A stretch of DNA of 64,000 nt from Candidatus Eiseniibacteriota bacterium (GTDB lineage Bacteria; Eisenbacteria; RBG-16-71-46). The stretch is taken from contig OY970178.1 in assembly GCA_963707915.1 (NCBI GenBank), positions 3,424,001 through 3,488,000 on the forward strand, written 5' to 3'. The position numbers and the translations under genes are program-made. The notes beneath the pieces were generated by a model that was not told where the DNA came from, ran no database searches, and saw only the letters and a program-made list of their open reading frames with translations. Of this stretch, positions 21,888 through 29,732 are shown piece after piece; positions within the stretch are counted from its first letter, which is position 1; each line of letters starts with the position of its first letter.

Positions 21888-24800
21888 ATGTCCCACCGTT
21901 TCCTGCCTGCCCTGGCAGGCATGCTGGTCTTTGCTGCCCTCGTCCCCTCTACTGCCTCCGCCGGCAACAACGCCGGCGGTCGGGCGTTCCTCAGCTGGGA
22001 CCGCGCAGGTATGGATTCCGTGCTCACCGAGGTTCCAGTGGCGCCCTTCCCTCTGTTCCTGAACCTGCGCGACGCTCCCGACGTGCACGCGCTTGCGGCG
22101 CGGATCATCTGGACCACGAACACCGAGGGCGCCCCGCCGTGCTACATGCTCGTTTCGGCGAGCGCGCCCGACGCGGCTCCGGCCCCAGACAGCCTGGGTG
22201 GTTGGGCCTTTGACTCGCGTCCCGGCCAGGACTTCAACGGTGACACGACCTACACCTGGACCATAGCCTTCGACGCCAACGACAGTTCGAAGGACCGCAT
22301 CGAGTACCGGGTCAGCGGAGCATCGTGCGCCGACACGGCGCACGCCGAGTTCCTGGCGGCGAGGGTGATGGTGATGGATGCCCTCGGCCGCATCGACACA
22401 CTGATTGTGACTGGGGGAGTCCGGATCGCACCACGGATCATCGACCTTGCGGTTGAGCAGGTCTCACCGAGGCGGGTCCCCGTGCGGCAGGCCACGGACC
22501 TCTCGATCATCGGTCGTGGCTTCGAGCCGGGCTCGCGCGTCTTCCTGCAACGTGGCGGCCAGCGCATCGAGGCGAGCCACGTGGTCGTGTCGGATCTGAC
22601 CGAACTCATGGCGCGGGTAGTGTCGCCCTTCTCCGGCGATGATTCGCTCGACCTGGTCGTCGAGCACCCGGTGGGCGTGGAAGCGAGCTTGCCTTCGAGC
22701 CTGCGGTCGACCGGCGCCGAACAGGACTCCTTCTATCGCCCCACGAATGACGACTTCGCGTTCACGCAGATCCCGCTGCGCGCGACGACAAGGGAGCAGA
22801 ATGAGTACCTGCAGGATCCGGTTACGCATCTCGAGTGGCCCGGTTGGCTGGACGGACCGAAACTGCGGGTAATCCGTGCGCCGGGTGATACCGTCGCGAT
22901 CATGCTGAGCCAGCCTTACAACGGAATCGGGCTACAGTCGAACCACTACGAGGCCTCATCATGGGTCCGCCTGCACCTGGACCCACCCCGGCTGGCGACG
23001 TCACTCGCAACGCTCGTCACGTCGGGAAAGACGTTCAAGCACGAGTCGGTGGACTTCCAGGACGGCGGCAAGCCGATCCTGCGCGTGCAGGTCAACTACG
23101 TGGACGGGGACTCGCACGTCACGCAGCTCGTCATCGGGACCAATGTGCGGAACTGGATATCGGGGCAGATGTTCTGCGGCGGTCAAGTGCGTCCTTTCTA
23201 CGACACGCCCCCCGCCGACCCGCTCGGGTCCTGTGCCCAGATCTACTCCGGTCCCGGTCAGACGGGCAGTCCGCCGCCGACAGTCCACTATGACCTGCAG
23301 GAAATCCCGCTCCCGGCATCGAAACGTGCCAAGCGCATCGAGTCGGTCGAGTTCCTAGCTGAGCCGGTCTACCATGTCTGCGGCAACTACTACGATGGCA
23401 CTAGCGGGATCTTCGGACTCGCGGTATGGCCTGAGTTCAAGGCCACTGACGCCGAAGGCGACACGGTCTCGCGACTGAGCCAGAACACGAACCAATCCCA
23501 CGGCGGCTACCTGTTCGGTAGCGAGGCGGTCGGGACGAGACGAACGACAGACGACACGGCGTGCCAAGTCGCCTCGGCGGCGATGAACTACTCGTTCCTC
23601 GGGGTGCCCTGCGCAGTGGACAGCTTGAACAACTTTCTGAGGCGCAGCCGCGGCTACTTCCCTGAGGACGTCGCCTTCGTCTCCAGGGTCTCGACCTCGG
23701 GCGACACGATCGAATTCAGAGGACCCGCTCTGGCCGACAGAATCAACTGGAAGCAGGACCATACCTTCCTCGTCGAGCGCGGAAGGTACGTCCACCCGAT
23801 CGCCACCTTCAGGATCTTGCCCGGAGAGCCCCGCCGGGCCGTTGTTGAAACGCGGCACGATCTCTCCTCCGCGGTCGCGGTCGGAGACACGGGACGGGTC
23901 TACTGGAGCATGAATCCCACAAGGGCCGATCGCTTCACACGGGACGCGAGCGGCCAGCCTCGCCTGCGCACGGTTGAGATCCCCGGTTCCCCAAGTCTCG
24001 CGGCGAAAGTGGAGAGCCTGCTGGTGCGTGGTATCCCGGTTCAGGTGAACACGCATGGGCACATGGTCGTGGCCGATGGCTGGGTGCCTTCGTTCCGCCC
24101 GGATACAACGGCTCGCGGTACCTATGCGATCCAGGATCCACTCGATCGCAGGAACTACCGGCGGCTGATCCAAGGGAAGTACCGGAACGAGTTCAAGCTA
24201 GCGCGCTACGTTGTCGCGGTCGGGGGTGGCCCGGGTCCGAACGCCCTCGCCGGGCTGAACGAGGCGGGAGACGAGCATGGCCTATCGATCGTCGTGGGCC
24301 ATGCAAGCAACGTGACGATCACGGACCCGATGGGTAGGAGCATCGCTCGCGACCCGGGGACAGGCCTCTACTCGAGCAGCATCCCGGACGCGTGGGTGAT
24401 CGATGACATCGTCGCCGATCACGATGTGGATGACGGGCTCGATGGCCCGCCGGTGATGCATCAGTTTCACCTGCCCGCTGCCGTCGATGGCCACTACACC
24501 GTCCGCGTTGATTCCGACGGCGGCATGGCCGTCTCCGTGGCCGCATTCGACACCGGTGGCGTTGTTGCCGCCACGGCTGCAATGGACACATCGCAGGCGC
24601 CGAGTGGGAACAGCTACGATGTGACGTACTCGGCCGCCACGTCATCGGTCGCGATCGCATGGCTCGGGCCAATCGCGGTGGAGGTCCGTTCCCCGGTGGA
24701 GCCTCGGTTCCGGGTGCTGCGCAACCCGACCAGCGGTCCCGTTCAGTTCGAGATTCGATCTGCCGAAGACACAGAGGCGGACCATCTCGAAGTATTCGAC

Positions 24801-24962
24801 CTTTGCGGCAGGCGAGTGGCCGCGCTCGACATCGGATCAGCGAGCCTGCGCGGCAGCGTCGTCACCTGGGACTGGCGAGGCGCTGGATGCCGCGCGGGGG
24901 TCTACTTCGCACTCCAGCGGTCCCGCGCCCGCGGCGTCGTGCGGTTTGTTGTACTGCGATAG
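21888..24962 (+). CDS. Large secreted multidomain protein: Ig/IPT-like domain, C39-like papain-fold peptidase, beta domain, C-terminal FlgD/T9SS-like sorting domain
   Basis: Signal peptide; TACQVASAAM (Cys, ~23562), GHMVVADG (His, ~24060), YAIQDP (Asp); C-terminal NPTSG...EVFDLCGRRVA...WDWRG...AGVYF...RFVVLR. Codon usage is less GC3-biased than the host. Confidence 0.75.
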   Translation: MSHRFLPALAGMLVFAALVPSTASAGNNAGGRAFLSWDRAGMDSVLTEVPVAPFPLFLNLRDAPDVHALAARIIWTTNTEGAPPCYMLVSASAPDAAPAPDSLGGWAFDSRPGQDFNGDTTYTWTIAFDANDSSKDRIEYRVSGASCADTAHAEFLAARVMVMDALGRIDTLIVTGGVRIAPRIIDLAVEQVSPRRVPVRQATDLSIIGRGFEPGSRVFLQRGGQRIEASHVVVSDLTELMARVVSPFSGDDSLDLVVEHPVGVEASLPSSLRSTGAEQDSFYRPTNDDFAFTQIPLRATTREQNEYLQDPVTHLEWPGWLDGPKLRVIRAPGDTVAIMLSQPYNGIGLQSNHYEASSWVRLHLDPPRLATSLATLVTSGKTFKHESVDFQDGGKPILRVQVNYVDGDSHVTQLVIGTNVRNWISGQMFCGGQVRPFYDTPPADPLGSCAQIYSGPGQTGSPPPTVHYDLQEIPLPASKRAKRIESVEFLAEPVYHVCGNYYDGTSGIFGLAVWPEFKATDAEGDTVSRLSQNTNQSHGGYLFGSEAVGTRRTTDDTACQVASAAMNYSFLGVPCAVDSLNNFLRRSRGYFPEDVAFVSRVSTSGDTIEFRGPALADRINWKQDHTFLVERGRYVHPIATFRILPGEPRRAVVETRHDLSSAVAVGDTGRVYWSMNPTRADRFTRDASGQPRLRTVEIPGSPSLAAKVESLLVRGIPVQVNTHGHMVVADGWVPSFRPDTTARGTYAIQDPLDRRNYRRLIQGKYRNEFKLARYVVAVGGGPGPNALAGLNEAGDEHGLSIVVGHASNVTITDPMGRSIARDPGTGLYSSSIPDAWVIDDIVADHDVDDGLDGPPVMHQFHLPAAVDGHYTVRVDSDGGMAVSVAAFDTGGVVAATAAMDTSQAPSGNSYDVTYSAATSSVAIAWLGPIAVEVRSPVEPRFRVLRNPTSGPVQFEIRSAEDTEADHLEVFDLCGRRVAALDIGSASLRGSVVTWDWRGAGCRAGVYFALQRSRARGVVRFVVLR

Positions 24963-24981
24963 AGGGAGACGGAGGGCGACT

Positions 24982-25632
24982 ATGGGGAAGGGTTGTTGGG
25001 TACCGCTCTTGGTGCTGTTCTGGGCGCTGCTCGGTGGGTGTGCGGCGTCCAGCCCGCAAGCCCTCCGACCGTATTCGGTGCTCTCGGAGGTCAGGATCGA
25101 TGTCTGGGGAGGGGACACGCACCACGTAGGAGTCGTACTCGTGGACAGGACGGGCAGACGCTGTGGATGGGAGGCTGGCGCGGTTCTCCAGGACCTGTTC
25201 TGGGATTGCACGTACGACAACGCGGAGCCGGGCATCCCAGATGAGTTTCCACCCATGGACGACACGATTGGGACGTTGAGGTCGCTGGCCTGGGACGACT
25301 CTGCAACCACGGGTGAGTCGGGGTTGATGGCCTCCGAACAGCCGCCGATATCTAGCAGTTTCGTCATTGCGGCGCATGAGAATGGCACCGGCTTACTCAC
25401 CGCGGGCAAGTGTGAGCTGTGGGTTGTTCCGATCCAGACAGGCCCGGTGACCTTTCAGATTCGCGCCAAGCGCGGCTCGCCGCAACACTGTGGTAGCGCC
25501 GAATTCGTGGATTCGCTGCAATCTGGATTCCGCTACCGCTACTGCGCCGCGTGGAAGTCAACGGCCGACAGTTGCAGTGTCCGGATCAGCCTGGCGGCGC
25601 GTGAGAAGGTCGGGGAGAACTCCAAGAAGTAG
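24982..25632 (+). CDS. Hypothetical lipoprotein
   Basis: Lipobox LLGG|C; GGAGGG RBS; Cys-rich; VVLVDRTGRRCG motif. Confidence 0.75.
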   Translation: MGKGCWVPLLVLFWALLGGCAASSPQALRPYSVLSEVRIDVWGGDTHHVGVVLVDRTGRRCGWEAGAVLQDLFWDCTYDNAEPGIPDEFPPMDDTIGTLRSLAWDDSATTGESGLMASEQPPISSSFVIAAHENGTGLLTAGKCELWVVPIQTGPVTFQIRAKRGSPQHCGSAEFVDSLQSGFRYRYCAAWKSTADSCSVRISLAAREKVGENSKK

Positions 25633-25713
25633 CACTACAGTCCGGACAAGCTCCGTGCCTCGTGCGCCCGGTACTGCAACGCCTCCGCCAACGCGCGCAC
25701 GCTGATTGATCCG

Positions 25714-26595
25714 CTACCCGCCACTGGAGCAGCCGGGCACGCTCAAAGCGAGTTCCTCGGGCGCCTCGGCTCCTTCGACCTCGGCACGATACTCCGCCGG
25801 GGTCCGCTGCCCCAAGCTCCCGTGGGGCCGTCGGTTGTTGTACTCCTCCCGCCAGGCGTCGAGCGACACCCGGGCGTCGATGACAGACAGAAAGTAGTGT
25901 TGCGATAAGCACTCACGCCTCAGCTGGGCGTTGAAGCTCTCGATGAAGGGGTTGTCGGTCGGCTTGCCCGGACGGCTGAAGTCCAGCCGCACGTGATTGA
26001 CGTAGGCCCAGTGGTCGAACGCCTTCGAGGTGAACTCCGTCCCGTTGTCCACGTGAATCACCGCCGGCAACCCGCGCCGTACACCTTCGCGCGTCAGCAC
26101 CCGGGCGACCTCGGCGCCGCCGAATGAGCCGCTGACCTCGAGGGCCACGCACTCGCGGGTGAACGTGTCGAGCACCGTCAGCACCCGCAGCTTCCGGCCA
26201 TCCGCCAGCGCATCGCTCACGAAGTCCATCGCCCAGAGCTGGTTGGTCCCGGTGGCCGTGAGTGTCTCTTGCCGGCGCACCGCACTGCGGCGCCGCTTGG
26301 GCCGTTTCGACCGCAGACAGAGCCCTTCTTCCCGATATAGCCGGTACGTCCGCTTGGCGTTCACCTTCCAGCCTTCCCGACGCAGCAACACCTGCACGCG
26401 GCGATACCCGTAGCTCACCCGGGTCGTCGCGATCTCCTTGATCCTCTGGCGCAGCGGGGTCTGATCCGGCCGGACCGGGCGGTACAGCATCGAGGACATT
26501 GCCGTTCCCGAGGCGCGGCAGGCCTTGCGCAAGCTCACGCGGTAGGCCTCCTGCATCCAGCGGGTCACGGCGCGGCGCTCGACCGGCCTTACCAC
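25714..26595 (-). CDS. IS3 transposase OrfB (DDE)
   Basis: YGYRR, WAMDF, DNGTEF, PGKPTDNPFIESFN. Confidence 0.95.
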   Translation of the reverse strand: MVRPVERRAVTRWMQEAYRVSLRKACRASGTAMSSMLYRPVRPDQTPLRQRIKEIATTRVSYGYRRVQVLLRREGWKVNAKRTYRLYREEGLCLRSKRPKRRRSAVRRQETLTATGTNQLWAMDFVSDALADGRKLRVLTVLDTFTRECVALEVSGSFGGAEVARVLTREGVRRGLPAVIHVDNGTEFTSKAFDHWAYVNHVRLDFSRPGKPTDNPFIESFNAQLRRECLSQHYFLSVIDARVSLDAWREEYNNRRPHGSLGQRTPAEYRAEVEGAEAPEELALSVPGCSSGG

Positions 26596-26855
26596 TTTTT
26601 TCGGAGCGCCTCCTGCAGCATCGTCCGGTCCAGCGTCAGGTCCGCGACGACGGCCTTGAGGCGTCGGTTCTCGTCCCGCAGCTGCCGCAGCTCCCGCAGC
26701 TCCGGTGAGGAGATCCCACCGAACTTCTTCTTCCAGCGGTAGAACGTGGTCTCGGTGATGCCCAGCTCCCGGCAGACCTCCCCGACCACCACCCCGCCCT
26801 CGACCCGCTTCAGGGCCTGGGCAATCTGCTCGACCGTGAACTTGCTGGTCTTCAT
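26589..26855 (-). CDS. IS3 transposase OrfA (HTH)
   Basis: VCRELGITETTFYRWKKKF; A6G frameshift motif at its end. Confidence 0.95.
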   Translation of the reverse strand: MKTSKFTVEQIAQALKRVEGGVVVGEVCRELGITETTFYRWKKKFGGISSPELRELRQLRDENRRLKAVVADLTLDRTMLQEALRKKW

Positions 26856-27335
26856 CCTGGGTCCTCCTCCTTGCGGTTCAGGAGGCCCCGAGGTTAGCTC
26901 ATTGCGACAGTCCCGCTGCTCCAGGAAACGGGGAGCGGATCATGATGCACTCACCGCCCGCGAGGTCGGCGATCGTGCGCGCCACGCGCATGGCGCGATG
27001 CACAGCGCGCGCGCTCATGCCCCCACGGTCCACGGCGTCGGCGACGAGCCGTCGCCCGGCCTGATCCAGCGCGCAGCACTCATCGAGCCGCGACGGCGGC
27101 AGCAGCGCGTTCAGGCAGCCGCGCTCGCGCTGACGCGCCCGCGCCGCGAGCACACGCGCCCGAACCACGGCGCTCGACTCGCCCGCCGACGCCGCCTGCA
27201 GCTCGCGCGAGGTGAGCGCCGGCACCTCGACCTGCAGGTCGAGCCGGTCCAGCACCGGCCCGCTCACCCGGGCGTGGTAGTGCGCGATGTCGGTCGGCGT
27301 GCAGCGACAGCCGCGTTTCGGGTGCCCGAGCCACC

Positions 27336-27353
27336 CGCAACGGCACCGTTGCG
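27336..27353. other. Putative att/crossover site (8-bp inverted repeat around CA)
   Basis: cgcaacgg-CA-ccgttgcg, exactly where homology to comM stops; the partner CA is at 30220-30221. Confidence 0.7.
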
Positions 27354-27794
27354 TTGCCTTTCTGCAACCTCCGCCTCCGTGGGCGCCGACCGCGAGTAAT
27401 CCCAAGGGGTTATCCGCAGGAGCCTCGGACGCTTGGTCAGCAGATCCGCCGGCGGAGGATAGACCTGGGGCTGACGCAACGAACCCTCGCTGAGCGGCTG
27501 GGCTGCTGCTTGGAGACGGTGGCGGGATGGGAGCAGGACGAGAGCGTGCCCCTGGCCCGGCGCTGGCCGGCGATCGAATCCGCCCTCGGCCCCGGGCTCG
27601 TTCCGGAACGGGACGGCCTCCCGGGGCGGGTCCTGGCCGCCCGGCTCCGGCTGGGGCTCACGCAGGAGGCCTTGGCGAAGCTCGCGGGCGTGGACCTCAG
27701 GACTGTTCGCAACGTGGAGCGGGGCGTCGGGATTCCCCGTCCTTGCACCTTGGCGGGGATGGCCGCCGCCCTCGAAGTGGACCTCCGTGCCTGA
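27354..27794 (+). CDS. Tandem XRE-family helix-turn-helix protein
   Basis: TLGQQIRRRRIDLGLTQRTLAERLG...WE and RVLAARLRLGLTQEALAKLAGVD...VERG; TTG start uncertain. Confidence 0.82.
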   Translation: MPFCNLRLRGRRPRVIPRGYPQEPRTLGQQIRRRRIDLGLTQRTLAERLGCCLETVAGWEQDESVPLARRWPAIESALGPGLVPERDGLPGRVLAARLRLGLTQEALAKLAGVDLRTVRNVERGVGIPRPCTLAGMAAALEVDLRA

Positions 27795-27945
27795 GACCGG
27801 GTTCGCCCACACCCATGGCTGGGGAGGATGTGGCGGGCGCCCTGCCATTCGATATCGGTGATCCGCTCCCCGTTTCCTGGAGCAGCGGGACTGTCGCAAT
27901 GAGCTAACCTCGGGGCCTCCTGAACCGCAAGGAGGAGGACCCAGG

Positions 27946-28212
27946 ATGAAGACCAGCAAGTTCACGGTCGAGCAGATTGCCCAGGCCCTGAAGCGGGTCG
28001 AGGGCGGGGTGGTGGTCGGGGAGGTCTGCCGGGAGCTGGGCATCACCGAGACCACGTTCTACCGCTGGAAGAAGAAGTTCGGTGGGATCTCCTCACCGGA
28101 GCTGCGGGAGCTGCGGCAGCTGCGGGACGAGAACCGACGCCTCAAGGCCGTCGTCGCGGACCTGACGCTGGACCGGACGATGCTGCAGGAGGCGCTCCGA
28201 AAAAAGTGGTAA
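27946..28212 (+). CDS. IS3 transposase OrfA
   Basis: Identical protein to 26589..26855. Confidence 0.95.
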   Translation: MKTSKFTVEQIAQALKRVEGGVVVGEVCRELGITETTFYRWKKKFGGISSPELRELRQLRDENRRLKAVVADLTLDRTMLQEALRKKW

Positions 28213-29087
28213 GGCCGGTCGAGCGCCGCGCCGTGACCCGCTGGATGCACGAGGCCTACCGCGTCAGCTTGCGCAAGGCCTGCCGCGCCTCGGGAACGGC
28301 AATGTCCTCGATGCTGTACCGCCCGGTCCGGCCGGATCAGACCCCGCTGCGCCAGAGGATCAAGGAGATCGCGACGACCCGGGTGAGCTACGGGTATCGC
28401 CGCGTGCAGGTGTTGCTGCGTCGGGAAGGCTGGAAGGTGAACGCCAAGCGGACGTACCGGCTATATCGGGAAGAAGGGCTCTGTCTGCGGTCGAAACGGC
28501 CCAAGCGGCGCCGCAGTGCGGTGCGCCGGCAAGAGACACTCACGGCCACCGGGACCAACCAGCTCTGGGCGATGGACTTCGTGAGCGATGCGCTGGCGGA
28601 TGGCCGGAAGCTGCGGGTGCTGACGGTGCTCGACACGTTCACCCGCGAGTGCGTGGCCCTCGAGGTCAGCGGCTCATTCGGCGGCGCCGAGGTCGCCCGG
28701 GTGCTGACGCGCGAAGGTGTACGGCGCGGGTTGCCGGCGGTGATTCACGTGGACAACGGGACGGAGTTCACCTCGAAGGCGTTCGACCACTGGGCCTACG
28801 TCAATCACGTGCGGCTGGACTTCAGCCGTCCGGGCAAGCCGACCGACAACCCCTTCATCGAGAGCTTCAACGCCCAGCTGAGGCGTGAGTGCTTATCGCA
28901 ACACTACTTTCTGTCTGTCATCGACGCCCGGGTGTCGCTCGACGCCTGGCGGGAGGAGTACAACAACCGACGGCCCCACGGGAGCTTGGGGCAGCGGACC
29001 CCGGCGGAGTATCGTGCCGAGGTCGAAGGAGCCGAGGCGCCCGAGGAACTCGCTTTGAGCGTGCCCGGCTGCTCCAGTGGCGGGTAG
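28206..29087 (+). CDS. IS3 transposase OrfB
   Basis: Differs from copy 1 by one Q/H substitution. Confidence 0.95.
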   Translation: MVRPVERRAVTRWMHEAYRVSLRKACRASGTAMSSMLYRPVRPDQTPLRQRIKEIATTRVSYGYRRVQVLLRREGWKVNAKRTYRLYREEGLCLRSKRPKRRRSAVRRQETLTATGTNQLWAMDFVSDALADGRKLRVLTVLDTFTRECVALEVSGSFGGAEVARVLTREGVRRGLPAVIHVDNGTEFTSKAFDHWAYVNHVRLDFSRPGKPTDNPFIESFNAQLRRECLSQHYFLSVIDARVSLDAWREEYNNRRPHGSLGQRTPAEYRAEVEGAEAPEELALSVPGCSSGG

Positions 29088-29094
29088 CGGATCA

Positions 29095-29209
29095 CCCGCA
29101 GCGGCTGGCCTCTTGATCTGTACCAGCGTTGGGGGCTACGTCAATCAGGCTGGCAACGGAGAACGTCGCGATCACGCGGCGCGTGGTCGTGCTTGGCGGG
29201 AGGCACTGA
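29095..29209 (+). pseudogene. 3' remnant of a gene ending in a FlgD/T9SS-like sorting tail
   Basis: ...IRLATENVAITRRVVVLGGRH*, whose TGA (29207-29209) overlaps the next ATG. Confidence 0.5.
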
Positions 29210-29730
29210 TGAGGCTTCTCGGCGTTATGGCGATTGTGGTTGCGGGGTGCGCCCTGGTGGGCTCGAGCACGGCGGGTTCGGCAGGGAAGCGGAGCACTGC
29301 AACTGACCGGCTCTACATCGTCGTGCATGGTGGCGCGCACGTGGTCCTCACCGACGCGAGGGGGAGGACGTCAGGTGACTGTGATACCACGGGAGTCCGC
29401 ATCCCCGCTTGCGAGTATAGAACGGACGTGGCGTTGTTTGCTCCTCGTGCGACGGAGAAGCGAATGGTCATGTTCATCCTCGGGCCTCCTTCCCCTGGGC
29501 GTTACCGGCTCGGTGCTGAGGTAGCGGACAGCGGTGGGGTCTTCGTCGAGTGTGCGTGGCAGAGTGCAGGGGGTGGCGGGACGTCGGCTGGCGGTCTCCC
29601 TGCTGAAATCGGTACGCACGGTGTCTGGAGCATCCAGTGGGTCCAGGGCAGTCATGGGAAGCCCTCCACGCTGCAGTCGCGACGGATTGAGCCCCCGGAC
29701 ACCTCCGGGGCGACGTCGCCTAGGCGCTGA
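29209..29730 (+). CDS. Small secreted or lipoprotein-like hypothetical protein
   Basis: MRLLGVMAIVVAGC signal; HVVLTDARGRTSG motif; GGGAGG RBS. Confidence 0.72.
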   Translation: MRLLGVMAIVVAGCALVGSSTAGSAGKRSTATDRLYIVVHGGAHVVLTDARGRTSGDCDTTGVRIPACEYRTDVALFAPRATEKRMVMFILGPPSPGRYRLGAEVADSGGVFVECAWQSAGGGGTSAGGLPAEIGTHGVWSIQWVQGSHGKPSTLQSRRIEPPDTSGATSPRR

Positions 29731-29732
29731 CT

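Larger units (their letters stand above)
25707..26942 (-). mobile_element. IS3-family insertion sequence (IS407-like), copy 1, 1236 bp, with 4-bp target duplication TGAT
   Basis: TG...CA ends; imperfect IRs tgatccgctacccgccactggagcagc / tgatccgctccccgtttcctggagcagc; TGAT at 25703-25706 and 26943-26946. Confidence 0.96.
25635..27345 (-). pseudogene. comM: Displaced 3' third of comM, split by an IS3 copy (pieces 26943-27345 and 25635-25706)
   Basis: CRCGWLGHPKRGCRCTP...VARTIADLAGGEC(I)|SVRALAEALQYRAHEARSLSGL*; homologous to 29733-30221. Confidence 0.92.
27859..29094 (+). mobile_element. IS3-family insertion sequence, copy 2 (1236 bp, inverted relative to copy 1, no target duplication)
   Basis: Same IRs and ORFs; flanks ATCGG and CCCGC do not match; A6G slippery site at 28200-28206. 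Confidence 0.96.

Noticed and set aside
26899..27405. 168-aa ORF as an independent gene
   Set aside because: It is the displaced comM tail read in from element sequence and out into the IS end.
25707..29094. Composite transposon inserted as one unit
   Set aside because: Copy 1 has its own TGAT duplication and the comM tail is continuous across it; the outer flanks do not match.
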